Of a stretch of 64,000 nt of DNA, positions 35,773 to 46,098 are shown piece after piece. The notes under the pieces were generated by a model that saw only the letters and a program-made list of their open reading frames with translations, ran no database searches and was not told the DNA's origin. The translations under genes were made by a program, and so were the position numbers. Origin of the DNA: a virus (taxonomy: Duplodnaviria; Caudoviricetes); the IMG/VR virus record IMGVR_UViG_3300033076_000375, positions 1 to 64,000 of that record; one strand, given 5' to 3'. How positions within the stretch are numbered: position 1 is the first letter of the stretch; the number at the start of each line of letters is the position of its first letter.

Positions 35773-37512
35773 TTATTTAGCGTATTTTTCGTGTAGCCAC
35801 GCCCAATCGTATGATAATTTCAACTTCTCAAAATCACCGTTGACTTCATTATAATAGTCAACCGCATCCAATGCGCCCTTACTACTTGGACCTATACTAG
35901 TCCAGATTCGTAAACGTTCTTTGGATTCTTCATCTTGTGCGTGACATAGTTTGATACATTCTCTAAACGCTGTACGCCAGATATCCCAGTCACTATTAAA
36001 GACCGCTTCTCCCGACAAGATATTAACAACTTCATGGGGGCTTTCCATAGTAAAGTCTAACCCTGTGCCCTTAGTTTGTAGTGTTAGTTTCTTGTTGTTT
36101 GCCACCATAGCCATATGTCCATAGACAAGCCCGTTCAACGGATTCTTTGCTCTAAAGATATAATGTCTACGTGACTTCATAATATCGGGTTGCCAATTAA
36201 AGTCAAAGTTCTCGTCTACTTTCAACTTAGCATTAACTAGAAAGTACCAAGCAGTTTCACTACTATTAGCGGCTGCATATTGACTTGCTACTCTGCCCTT
36301 CACCCCATCAACTCTTACTAAACGATTGGGTAGTTTCATGTCTACTAGTCGTTGATAGTTTTCTTCTGCGCAACTTTCCCCGTTACTAAAGAAGATAATA
36401 TCTAAGGGTTTCTGACATGTCATTAAATTGTGATATTTAATATATGGATAATCTGACAATTTATCAAACAAATGATGTTTAATTCCCTTAGGTACTATTG
36501 CGCTATTGTTGTCAATGATATGAATATACTCATGCTCAGGATTATATTCTGGAATAACCATGTTATAATTTATCGGGTGCTCAGAGTTTTGAAAGTGTAC
36601 GTACTTAGTGTCGAATCTGTGCTCCATCACACTGTTAAGTATAGAATCAACAAACGATGCTTTTTCTACGGCTAACTTAGCTTTTATATCGGTTACATAC
36701 TTAGATTCAGTTGCTCCCGATACTCTATACATTACAGTGGGCATGAACTCACATGAGTGGAAATCATTGCCAAAGATATATCTGTATGGTTCTTCTGAGT
36801 CGTCTGGGTGCCAAGAAAAATCAAAACTATCTATGTCGATGTTTTCAATAATTCTCCAATTTCTACTTTCTTTATTCGGTAATTTAGTAGCACGTTGAAT
36901 ATCAACGTACTTAATAGTGTGACTGTTTTCTGTCTTATATAACGGTCCACCAGTCTTTTGATGCTGAGTACCAAATTGGTAGCTTAACCCTTCTGGTTCA
37001 TGGGGGTGAGGAACCCACGAATAATCGAAATCGGATGATATGTCGTCTGGTACGACCCATCTGTCCATACATGGACATAGTCTCGCTCTGACGTCCGTGA
37101 TATACTTTTTCTCAGTAGCACCCTTAACACGGTACTGTAACGTCGGCATGGTTTCACTATCATACCATTGATTGCCGAATACATAAATGTAGGGAGGATC
37201 AGTACTATCAGGATGCCAGCTGTAGTCAAATTGTACATTACTGACGAGTGGTCGATAACAGCGATCCTCTGGTCTAGGTAATCGAATAACTCGCTGATGT
37301 GTTTGGTACTTTGTTCCTTCATTCTCTGGAATAATGAAACGTGGTCCTCCGGTCTTTTGCCACTGTGTACCGAATTCATGTATATAAGGTTTATCATAGG
37401 GTTCGGGTCTCCATGAGAAGTCAAAGTTGCTAGTATCTAAATTGTCAGGTACTTCCCAATAACCCTGCAAATATAATTCGTACCTACGCTTTAATTCATT
37501 CTGGTCGAACAT
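35773..37512 (-). CDS. Repeat-containing protein (four FD[FY]SW.P repeats) with C-terminal glycosyltransferase-like domain
   Basis: ABAB repeats; the C-terminal LDIIF.S..E..AEENY...RVDGVKG...AFRE.IKL domain is paralogous to 43079..44023. Confidence 0.65.
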   Translation of the reverse strand: MFDQNELKRRYELYLQGYWEVPDNLDTSNFDFSWRPEPYDKPYIHEFGTQWQKTGGPRFIIPENEGTKYQTHQRVIRLPRPEDRCYRPLVSNVQFDYSWHPDSTDPPYIYVFGNQWYDSETMPTLQYRVKGATEKKYITDVRARLCPCMDRWVVPDDISSDFDYSWVPHPHEPEGLSYQFGTQHQKTGGPLYKTENSHTIKYVDIQRATKLPNKESRNWRIIENIDIDSFDFSWHPDDSEEPYRYIFGNDFHSCEFMPTVMYRVSGATESKYVTDIKAKLAVEKASFVDSILNSVMEHRFDTKYVHFQNSEHPINYNMVIPEYNPEHEYIHIIDNNSAIVPKGIKHHLFDKLSDYPYIKYHNLMTCQKPLDIIFFSNGESCAEENYQRLVDMKLPNRLVRVDGVKGRVASQYAAANSSETAWYFLVNAKLKVDENFDFNWQPDIMKSRRHYIFRAKNPLNGLVYGHMAMVANNKKLTLQTKGTGLDFTMESPHEVVNILSGEAVFNSDWDIWRTAFRECIKLCHAQDEESKERLRIWTSIGPSSKGALDAVDYYNEVNGDFEKLKLSYDWAWLHEKYAK

Positions 37513-37699
37513 TTTCTCTTTCAATCTGTTTCATGGTTATGGAAGAAACAAGTGCTATTCCCAATATTGATGTTAGAAAGTACAGGATGACGCCCAAAAC
37601 TATTGTGTACTTGATGGACATGACTAGTCCTATAACTACTGCTAGTACCACACTTAATAGATAGTTTCTCCAAAAATTCAAGCGAATTTTATCAATCAT
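37496..37699 (-). CDS. Small two-TM membrane protein
   Basis: 67 aa hydrophobic; GAGG RBS. Confidence 0.6.
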   Translation of the reverse strand: MIDKIRLNFWRNYLLSVVLAVVIGLVMSIKYTIVLGVILYFLTSILGIALVSSITMKQIERENVRPE

Positions 37700-37739
37700 A
37701 AATTTATTCCTCTGGAGTATTTACTAGATATATAATAAC

Positions 37740-38969
37740 ATGAAAAATACTATTTGTGCAATCCCTTGGGTACATTTAAACATCATACCCAGAGGTAAAG
37801 TTTACCCATGCTGTATGACTACAGACTTTAATAACTATGCAGGTGACTTGACTACCCAAACCATTGAAGAAGTTTGGAACAGTGATTACATGAAGAATGT
37901 ACGCAAACAAATGATTAACGGGGAAGAACCCAAAATGTGTTCACGATGCTTTGAAAGTGAACGTTCTAGTGGTTCTAGCTCACGTATAAATCACAATAAC
38001 TATTTCAGTGAAAAACTACAGTCAATTCCAATTATTACCCAAAGTGATGGACACGTTGACGATGTTGATTTAAAGTACTGGGACTTTAGATTCAGTAACT
38101 TGTGCAACTATAAATGCCGCACTTGCGGACCTGAGTACTCTAGTGCTTGGATTCCAGATGCCAGAGACATGGGCTGGATTGATGATAGAAAAGATGAAAA
38201 GGTTATTAACATTAACTCAGTGGACGAATCAACTAATGTTGACTTTTTAAAGAAATATGTCAACGTAGTTGAGAAAGTATACTTTGCCGGTGGTGAGCCA
38301 TTATTAATGGACGAGCATTGGAAAATACTTGATATGTTGGACGAGAAAGAACGATATAACGTTATTTTAACTTATAACACTAATCTCAGTAAATTAACAT
38401 ACAAGAACAAGAATGTACTAGACTATTGGAGTAAATGGAAACGTAATGTATGGTTATGGCCTAGCATTGACGAGATTGACGAACGAGCAGAATTAATACG
38501 TGCCGGAACTGATTGGAAGAATGTTGAAAAGAACTTGAAAGAATCTGTCAAGTTAGAAATTCATATTAAACCAAACATAACGGTATCTAACATGAACGTG
38601 TTCAGAATTCCAGAAATCGTGGACAGACTAATTGATATTGGTGTTGTTAAGCAAGACTATGAAAACATGGAGAACTTTAACTTTAACGTGCTCGAATTCT
38701 CACGCTTTTTCCATGTCAGTACTCTTACTGACAAATTCAGACAAGAGATTAGAGAGAAACTAGAAAAGTACATTAGTGACTATAAAACCAAGTACAATGT
38801 TGATATTAGAAACAAATTCTTGCACTTATTCTGGCATCTAGAAAAACCATATGAATTAGAGCAAGCAAAGTTGTTTAAAAGAAACTCGGATAAGATTGAT
38901 ATTATCCGTAACGAACACACAATTAACGTAATCCCAGAATTAAAAGATATTTACAATGCCGCAATTTAA
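37740..38969 (+). CDS. Radical SAM protein with N-terminal SPASM/Twitch-like Cys domain
   Basis: CNYKCRTC, FAGGEP and N-terminal C..PW...PCC...CSRC. Confidence 0.9.
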   Translation: MKNTICAIPWVHLNIIPRGKVYPCCMTTDFNNYAGDLTTQTIEEVWNSDYMKNVRKQMINGEEPKMCSRCFESERSSGSSSRINHNNYFSEKLQSIPIITQSDGHVDDVDLKYWDFRFSNLCNYKCRTCGPEYSSAWIPDARDMGWIDDRKDEKVININSVDESTNVDFLKKYVNVVEKVYFAGGEPLLMDEHWKILDMLDEKERYNVILTYNTNLSKLTYKNKNVLDYWSKWKRNVWLWPSIDEIDERAELIRAGTDWKNVEKNLKESVKLEIHIKPNITVSNMNVFRIPEIVDRLIDIGVVKQDYENMENFNFNVLEFSRFFHVSTLTDKFRQEIREKLEKYISDYKTKYNVDIRNKFLHLFWHLEKPYELEQAKLFKRNSDKIDIIRNEHTINVIPELKDIYNAAI

Positions 38970-40071
38970 AATCAAACCACAAGAAAACTATTCTCATAGT
39001 GACAAAGTTAGTACCTTTGCTTGCACAGTACCCTACAAACATATTGAGATTCACACATCAGGGGCGATTAGTCTATGCTGTCACACTTGGTTACCTGTTT
39101 GGGCGGGGAACTTGTTATATGAATCTGTAGACGATGTGTTGAATAATATCACCCGCAAGCAAGTACAAGATGATATGAGAACTGGGGAATTCAAGTACTG
39201 TAATGACCATTGCCCACAATTAAACTCATTGATGAGTGGGAGTAAAGATTACTGGGACATTATTCCAATTAAACAATTAGACGAAACATTGTCTTATCGT
39301 CCAATGAATATTGGATTTAGTTATGATTTGTCATGTAATTTACAATGCCCAAGCTGTAGAGATAATCTAATATTATGGCGTCCGGATGACCTAGAAGATA
39401 GCGATGGGCAAAGAGTAAAACAGATTCACGAGAAAGTCAAAGAACTAGTGAATAGAATGTTAGAAGAACATCCTATTGTTAACTTGAATATCACGGGTAG
39501 CGGGGACGCATTTGCTAGCCCATTATACTGGAGCTATCTGTTAGAACTAGCTAATAACCCAATTCACCCCAATCTTAGAATTCAATTAAAAACTAACGGG
39601 GTAATGATGACAGAAGAAAATTTACTAGATATTAAACCATTATGGAAACATATTGATTATATTGAAGTAAGTGTTGACGCTGCCACTGAAGAAGCATATA
39701 AGATTGTTAGAAAGAACGGAAACTTCAAACGTTTAAAGAAGAACCTAGAAGTGTTAGACGCATTAGTATTCAATGAGAGTTTTAACAAAAACTTCAATTG
39801 GCAGACTAATTTTATCGTTCAGCGTGACAACTATAAAGACTTAAAAGACTTTGTGGATTGGCAACTTACATACAAGTCTAAACCAAAGATTTGGACTAAT
39901 CTATTAGCACAATGGTGGCATATTGACGATGAACGTTTTAAGGGCATGGCAGTATGGCAAGAAGGTCACGTGAACAGAGATGAACTAGTTCAAATACTCA
40001 AGGATCCAGTATTTAAAAATACTCAATTAAAATTAGGAAATATGAGTTCCTTAGTTTATGGCAATCAATAA
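38956..40071 (+). CDS. Radical SAM protein with N-terminal SPASM/Twitch-like Cys domain
   Basis: CNLQCPSC, GSGDAF and SVDAAT...Y..VR. Confidence 0.88.
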   Translation: MPQFKIKPQENYSHSDKVSTFACTVPYKHIEIHTSGAISLCCHTWLPVWAGNLLYESVDDVLNNITRKQVQDDMRTGEFKYCNDHCPQLNSLMSGSKDYWDIIPIKQLDETLSYRPMNIGFSYDLSCNLQCPSCRDNLILWRPDDLEDSDGQRVKQIHEKVKELVNRMLEEHPIVNLNITGSGDAFASPLYWSYLLELANNPIHPNLRIQLKTNGVMMTEENLLDIKPLWKHIDYIEVSVDAATEEAYKIVRKNGNFKRLKKNLEVLDALVFNESFNKNFNWQTNFIVQRDNYKDLKDFVDWQLTYKSKPKIWTNLLAQWWHIDDERFKGMAVWQEGHVNRDELVQILKDPVFKNTQLKLGNMSSLVYGNQ

Positions 40072-41059
40072 AGAGTATAAAATACGATTTACTGGGGGTC
40101 TGGGTGACTGTTTAAAGATGCTATCTGAGCAGACTTCACTCTTTGAATATTACAAAAGACACGGGTTATTAGTCTATTGGGTATACTCAGACCAAAACTT
40201 AGTAGATATCGTATATAAGCAGTATAAAGGATCCAAAGTACAGAATGGTCATTGGGCTTATATACGTGACTATGACATGATAGATTATAACACTGGTGCG
40301 TCTTCGAGCATTAGCGGGGCATATCCAGTACATCAATCACTATATGATTTACTAAAGAATTTTGAGTTTTTTCTTCTTGTCCCACAAGAAACATTTGCTA
40401 ATCTAAACGTCCCTGAATTGAATAACTACAGGATGTGTGACTATCCAGAATATGCTTATAGTAATCAACTGAAAGGCTTATTCGACAATGAGAAGGGCGG
40501 ATGGCAAATTGAAGTTGAGAGCGAGTGGGTACGTACACAATTCAAAGATAGCAATCAAACATTCTGCGTCCAACTGTCGGGCAGTAACCCAGCAAAACAC
40601 TATAACCCAAGCAATTATGTTAGATTGTTTAAATTAATCTTAAATCGTTTCCCCGAAGCAAAGATTTTCTTAATTGACAGACCCACATATCAAGTTGATT
40701 CTACAATGTTATTTGACGATAGAATCGTAAATCTTGTTGGTAAAGTTTCAATGATTCAATGTGCAGAGTTAATTCAATCTGTAGATTATCTTATCGCTCC
40801 CGATTCCTATTCTAAATACATTAGGCAGTGGGTCGATAAGAAACAAATAGTCATTTGCACTAAACTAGATTGTCACCCGGATGTTCCGAAAATGCTACAA
40901 GATGCGTTTAATTATGTGGGATTATTAAATAACCCAGATGTTAAATTGTTAGGTGTTACTTATACTATAACAGATAATATTGTAGATGCCGCAACTATCG
41001 TCAATTCAATGAATGACATTTCTCCAGAAGAAATATTCAACCAGATAACTGATTTATGA
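40058..41059 (+). CDS. Glycosyltransferase, GT-B/GT9 (heptosyltransferase-like)
   Basis: GGLGD at the N-terminus and NLVGK.S....AELI...DYLIAPDS. Confidence 0.7.
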   Translation: MAINKEYKIRFTGGLGDCLKMLSEQTSLFEYYKRHGLLVYWVYSDQNLVDIVYKQYKGSKVQNGHWAYIRDYDMIDYNTGASSSISGAYPVHQSLYDLLKNFEFFLLVPQETFANLNVPELNNYRMCDYPEYAYSNQLKGLFDNEKGGWQIEVESEWVRTQFKDSNQTFCVQLSGSNPAKHYNPSNYVRLFKLILNRFPEAKIFLIDRPTYQVDSTMLFDDRIVNLVGKVSMIQCAELIQSVDYLIAPDSYSKYIRQWVDKKQIVICTKLDCHPDVPKMLQDAFNYVGLLNNPDVKLLGVTYTITDNIVDAATIVNSMNDISPEEIFNQITDL

Positions 41060-43077
41060 AAAATTCAAACAAAGACAGAGACCAAATCATCTTAGAACAT
41101 ATTGTCAAAGAAGATGAACTAAACCATGCTAATAGTCATTTGGGACCATTAGAGAAGTTTAAAGTTGTTAGAGAGAAGTTCATTAAAAGACAATGGGATG
41201 ATACTGACAAATACAGAGTTGCGTTAATCATGGCTCCTGCTTGGGGCGTATTATTTCCCCCATATAACTTAGCAAAACTAACAGGGGTTATCCGACACTA
41301 TGGATACAGCACTAAAGTATATGATTTGAATATCGATTCATATCAGATGCTAAACTCAATTTTAGACTCGGATTATTGGCGCGGAGAGCAATATTTCTTG
41401 TGGACAGTTAAAGAGAACTTTGAGAGAGAAATTCTACCCTATCTTAAATCTACGTTCGATAACACGATAGATGAAATTGTATTGGCAAATCCAAAAGTTA
41501 TTGGATTTAGTGCTTACAATACTAACGTTCATGCTATCGAATATGTTATCACTGAATTAAAGAAAAGATTACCCGATGCCTGTTATATTGCAGGGGGTCC
41601 TGAAGTAGCGACAGGAGCCACGTTAGATAACTTACCATTTAATTATTTGTTTAAGGGTGAAGCCGAAGAGACTTTCTTGAATTTACTTGAGAATCTTCCT
41701 GAAGAATACCCAATGCGTCAAATGATGGGTACTACTGATAGTAAACTTAAACTAGAAAATTTCCCCTTCACTGACTATTCTGACTATGATTTGTCATTAT
41801 ATCAGCATCCAGACGGTGTTAGTATTGAAACTTCTAGGGGTTGTGTTGCTCAGTGTAGCTTCTGTGCTGAAACATATTTTTGGAAGTTTAGAAGTAATAC
41901 CCCAGAAAGAGTTGTCGAGGAAATGGAACATCAAATCAAAGAGTATAACGTAAAGCGTTTTTGGTTTGTTGATAGCTTAGTTAATGGTAATTTAAAAGTA
42001 TTTGAGAGAATTATCGACCTCATTATTGAGCGTAAATTGAACATTAAATGGAACAGTTACGCAAGATGTGACGGAAGAATGGATAAAGAGTTTATCAAGA
42101 AAATCTATGACAGCGGATGTACTTGTATTAGTTACGGAGTAGAGTCTGGTAGCCAGAAAGTTCTGAATGACATGCGCAAGAAAGTTGAAGTATGGGAAAT
42201 TGAGAATAATCTACGTCACGGTAGAGAAGTTGGTATGTTTAACCATGTTAACTGGATTCTTGGATTCCCAACTGAAGAACCAATAGACTATCTGCACAGT
42301 ATGCAATTAGTAGCTAACTGTAGGAAAGATATTAGTGCAATTAGCCCGGGATTTGGAGCAGGTCCTGCTATGGCTAGTCATATGGCTACTGACTGGAAAG
42401 TATATGATGTGACTGGTGATAACTTTCTATGGGAAGAAACTTTCTTACAGTCTTGGTATACTACTGATTACAAGAATACTATTCTACATAGATTCATTAG
42501 AATCAAACTATTCCACGTTTGGTTAGAAGTGTTATCTAAACATGCGGGTTCTAAGATTGAGAACGGGCAAAGATATTCAAATATCTCTGACTTTTATACA
42601 TTTAAGAAGCCAAAGAAATTGTTCTTTAATAGAGATGTTAAAGATTATTGTGAGTATGATAACCATGTTGTTCTAGGACGATTTAACGAAAACATGGGTG
42701 TTGCTAACGAATATCTTGCGTTGGCTTATGCTTTGTATCAATATTTCGGAAACTATGAGTTAACCGTTGAATTTGACCCCAAGAAAGACTTTGACACATT
42801 CGGTAGTTGGTTAGCTAACGACTATACTGCGAATTTCACAATTTCAGTGTCAAGTAACGGTAACTATAATCTCGTCATTGACCATAAATTCAAGCACCAG
42901 AGTTTAGATAGTTCTAAATCATATACCCACGAAACTCAAGTTAGAGATAAGTCTTTCACTGAGGTTATCAAAGAGAGTGGGAATTTCAAAGATTGGATAT
43001 CGACTGAATCACAAACAAAAGACTCAGTACACCCTCAATATAATAAAAAGAAGGTGATTCCGATTAATAAAGAATGA
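41056..43077 (+). CDS. Cobalamin-binding (class B-type) radical SAM protein
   Basis: B12-binding-like N-terminus (VIGFS, IAGGP), ETSRGCVAQCSFC, GVESGSQKVL. Confidence 0.9.
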   Translation: MKNSNKDRDQIILEHIVKEDELNHANSHLGPLEKFKVVREKFIKRQWDDTDKYRVALIMAPAWGVLFPPYNLAKLTGVIRHYGYSTKVYDLNIDSYQMLNSILDSDYWRGEQYFLWTVKENFEREILPYLKSTFDNTIDEIVLANPKVIGFSAYNTNVHAIEYVITELKKRLPDACYIAGGPEVATGATLDNLPFNYLFKGEAEETFLNLLENLPEEYPMRQMMGTTDSKLKLENFPFTDYSDYDLSLYQHPDGVSIETSRGCVAQCSFCAETYFWKFRSNTPERVVEEMEHQIKEYNVKRFWFVDSLVNGNLKVFERIIDLIIERKLNIKWNSYARCDGRMDKEFIKKIYDSGCTCISYGVESGSQKVLNDMRKKVEVWEIENNLRHGREVGMFNHVNWILGFPTEEPIDYLHSMQLVANCRKDISAISPGFGAGPAMASHMATDWKVYDVTGDNFLWEETFLQSWYTTDYKNTILHRFIRIKLFHVWLEVLSKHAGSKIENGQRYSNISDFYTFKKPKKLFFNRDVKDYCEYDNHVVLGRFNENMGVANEYLALAYALYQYFGNYELTVEFDPKKDFDTFGSWLANDYTANFTISVSSNGNYNLVIDHKFKHQSLDSSKSYTHETQVRDKSFTEVIKESGNFKDWISTESQTKDSVHPQYNKKKVIPINKE

Positions 43078-43078
43078 T

Positions 43079-44023
43079 TTACCAACCCTCTTGTTGACGA
43101 ATAACATCAATTTCTTTGACAAGAGGTCCTAAATTCTTTTTATCTTTGTTGACATGACGTTTAAAGAACTTGGATTGTTCGCTAGACAATACGCACATGG
43201 GCAAGTTCAATTTGTCACTCAATGCATCCCCGAAGAAACTTCCTGAATAATGAGGGTCTTTATCTTTGTGTTCGTTATAGATTTCTTCTAGTTTGCTGAA
43301 ATCTTGAACTTCCCTGTGGTCCCAGTCACTTAACATTGTATAGTAAGTTCCTAGACGTGCCCCGTAAATTGCCCATATCCCGTTCTCAACATCTGTACCC
43401 ACGTTGTGCCAGATAGTTAAGTTGTCTAAATTACGTTGAGGGATTCTTTTGAACTCTTGTATCGTGGGCTTTTTGCCACCGAGCAAACTCATTTTAACTC
43501 CCTCCCTAAACCCTGCTCTGAATGCTTGGAAGGGTGTGTAGTTTGGATATGTTGTAGAGTAGCAATCATACATTGCCCAGTATAAACTATTGTCATAGTC
43601 TAAGCAAAAGTCTACTGTGTGAGTATCGTTTCCATCTGCGGCTTCGTGGGTTTTCATGTTCATAACATACTCTTTAGTCCATGAACTCATTCCACCGTTG
43701 CCGTATACTAAGCCATTGATATTGTTTCTGGCTCTCCAGCGATATTGTGCTTTCTTATACGATTCGTCCTTGCCTGTGAAGTCTAGTGTCAAGTCAAAGA
43801 AACTAAAGTCGGGGAGATTGTCCCCGTCAATTAGAATAAATCGTTCAGTATCAGATTCTTCCGCGGCTCTTTTATGAGCCGCATCAGAGCCCTTAACACC
43901 GTCGACACGTCTGGCCCAGGGTACCATGTTCTTAATTTTAACCCAATGTTCTTCTTTATTTGGTTCATCATATGATAGGTAAATACAGTCTAAATCTTGT
44001 ATTTCAATAATGTCTGAATTCAT
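43079..44023 (-). CDS. Glycosyltransferase-like protein (GT-A-type, DxD)
   Basis: LSYDEP, RVDGVKG.DAAH, FILIDGDN and AFRAGFREGVKM. Confidence 0.65.
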   Translation of the reverse strand: MNSDIIEIQDLDCIYLSYDEPNKEEHWVKIKNMVPWARRVDGVKGSDAAHKRAAEESDTERFILIDGDNLPDFSFFDLTLDFTGKDESYKKAQYRWRARNNINGLVYGNGGMSSWTKEYVMNMKTHEAADGNDTHTVDFCLDYDNSLYWAMYDCYSTTYPNYTPFQAFRAGFREGVKMSLLGGKKPTIQEFKRIPQRNLDNLTIWHNVGTDVENGIWAIYGARLGTYYTMLSDWDHREVQDFSKLEEIYNEHKDKDPHYSGSFFGDALSDKLNLPMCVLSSEQSKFFKRHVNKDKKNLGPLVKEIDVIRQQEGW

Positions 44024-44288
44024 TTGTTGTTAGTTCCCATGTTGTGCCCTCTGTAGTAATCATTGTTATATCATCACTAGAACAAGTGACACCTTTAGTT
44101 GAGGGTTTTAGTTTGTGAATCACAGTCATTTCATCACGTTTAACAATCTTTCCGTCAATCACATATACATCAGGTCTGCATTGATGATATGTGTCACTGT
44201 CGATTACAATGTAATTGCCCTCAAGTTTCTCACAAGTATAACACAAAACTTTCCCGTTGTCATTGTAATATAATCTAAATTCAACCAT
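44004..44288 (-). CDS. Hypothetical protein
   Basis: 94 aa, coupled within the operon. Confidence 0.6.
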   Translation of the reverse strand: MVEFRLYYNDNGKVLCYTCEKLEGNYIVIDSDTYHQCRPDVYVIDGKIVKRDEMTVIHKLKPSTKGVTCSSDDITMITTEGTTWELTTNEFRHY

Positions 44289-44991
44289 AATTCTTCCCGA
44301 ATGCTTTGATGTAATAGTGAAATGGGTATTGTTGCGGGATGGTCTGAATACGCAATGGGTTGAACTCGTATACTAATTCTTTTGTCCAATCTTCTGTAGC
44401 CAAATTGTTGATAAGTTGTTTCATATGGACAAAACTAAAGTCAGTATAAGGTAATGTTGTATTCTCTGTGCCCATAATGTGACATGCAATCGCATAAACC
44501 CAATCAGTTGACGCTTGCTCATCCATGTCGCAAATTAATATTTTCTTGTACTCTTCCCAGTTTTGAAAGATTTCCTTAGTCAAAATAAAGAAATCTTCTG
44601 CAAACTTACTCTTTTTAAAATAAGTCATAGCATTGTATACGTCAGGAAGTTTGTTCGCTTGAGTGAACTCCCTATACGCTTTAATACTAGATATACTCCC
44701 TTTATAATCCCTAATGGTATTGCAAACAACCACATCTTTCTGAGACAATACATCAAACCAATAGTCTACATTCTTAGTCATAATCATGTCGGCTTCTAGT
44801 TTGATTGTATCGTCATAGGGTGATAGATTGTATACCTCACTATCTGTACTGAACTCTGCTTTACCTTCAGTGATAATTGTCACTGGAATGTCTGGCATGT
44901 GTCGGTCAATACTGTCACGCAACGTTTCAGCACAACTAACATAGTCAACCGTGTCTGAATTTTGAGCCATAATCACAAAGCCTTTACTCAT
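44281..44991 (-). CDS. Glycosyltransferase-like protein (GT-A)
   Basis: LSPYDDTIKLEAD, YFKKS and FVHMK; paralog of the next gene. Confidence 0.6.
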   Translation of the reverse strand: MSKGFVIMAQNSDTVDYVSCAETLRDSIDRHMPDIPVTIITEGKAEFSTDSEVYNLSPYDDTIKLEADMIMTKNVDYWFDVLSQKDVVVCNTIRDYKGSISSIKAYREFTQANKLPDVYNAMTYFKKSKFAEDFFILTKEIFQNWEEYKKILICDMDEQASTDWVYAIACHIMGTENTTLPYTDFSFVHMKQLINNLATEDWTKELVYEFNPLRIQTIPQQYPFHYYIKAFGKNYG

Positions 44992-45743
44992 ACCAACTCC
45001 ATGAATGTTTCTTTGTTCATACAGTGAAAGTCCAAGTCTTTGACTATCATATATTCGGCTCTTTTCCCGGTCTCATTTAATAACATATACTCAGTGTCGT
45101 TTAGTTTGTGTACTTTAACATAACTGTTTACATGATTCAATGTCCATGGGATATAGTTTCGTTTGTTGTCAAAATGCCCATCGACAATACGTGTCGCAAT
45201 AGTTACACCATAATCGTTTCTATACATAGGACTGTTGATATGATATAAGTTAATATAATGGTTATAGTTATTCTGAACCATTTCTAAGCATCGGAAGATG
45301 TGCTTAACTCGTTCTGTCTTTTTAAAGAAGATAACAGTAGCCCACAATGTCTTAAAACTTCTCTCGCTTACATTTTCAGTATCATGTCCCTCAGTCAAAA
45401 AGTATGTTGAATCATGGCACATAAAGTCATCATATATGTCAAAGACTTTAAGTAATTGGTCTGAGTTAACTAGATAATCTGTGTCTAATAGAATCGTTTC
45501 ATCGTAGGGCGACAAGTCGTATGCTCTATATCTACCCTTGTTATACCATGGGTTATTGTCTTTCTGATTGCTAGTCTCAGCGTTTACATTAATGATGTTG
45601 AACTCTGGGTTCAGTGGTTGACTATCCGTGACAATAGTAACGGGTAAGTTTAAGAAGTGTTTTACTCGTTTAGCTGCTTTAACTGCCATTGAATAATAGT
45701 CTGTTTTGCTATTATTAAAGGCAAAGAACATTACCCCTCTCAT
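44988..45743 (-). CDS. Glycosyltransferase-like protein (GT-A, DxD)
   Basis: LSPYDETILLDTDY, YRND and HCMNK. Confidence 0.65.
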   Translation of the reverse strand: MRGVMFFAFNNSKTDYYSMAVKAAKRVKHFLNLPVTIVTDSQPLNPEFNIINVNAETSNQKDNNPWYNKGRYRAYDLSPYDETILLDTDYLVNSDQLLKVFDIYDDFMCHDSTYFLTEGHDTENVSERSFKTLWATVIFFKKTERVKHIFRCLEMVQNNYNHYINLYHINSPMYRNDYGVTIATRIVDGHFDNKRNYIPWTLNHVNSYVKVHKLNDTEYMLLNETGKRAEYMIVKDLDFHCMNKETFMELV

Positions 45744-46045
45744 CGTTTTTTACTAAGTTCCTGATATTCGTTATACCATTGTTCCATAACAGTGTTATAA
45801 GTATCACGCAATAAGTCAAGTAATTGAATGACATTTACTTTTATTGGATTCTCGTATGAATCCAAGATAATCATTTCGGTAGATGATGTGCTTTTTAAAA
45901 ACACTAACAATTCAGGTGTGCATTTCCATAATCCACCCTGGGAAGCAACAAGTAACTTACTCTCATACTTGTTCTTTAGATATTCTTTGTTTTGGTTGTG
46001 ACTAAATCTAGCTTTAGCCTGGCTCAATATGGTTTTGGTATCCAT
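45740..46045 (-). CDS. Hypothetical protein, possible tail-associated chaperone
   Basis: 101 aa; GGAG RBS. Confidence 0.6.
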   Translation of the reverse strand: MDTKTILSQAKARFSHNQNKEYLKNKYESKLLVASQGGLWKCTPELLVFLKSTSSTEMIILDSYENPIKVNVIQLLDLLRDTYNTVMEQWYNEYQELSKKR

Positions 46046-46098
46046 TTAAAACACTCCGTAGAATATTTAAATGAATACCAGTTACCCAATATATTTTA

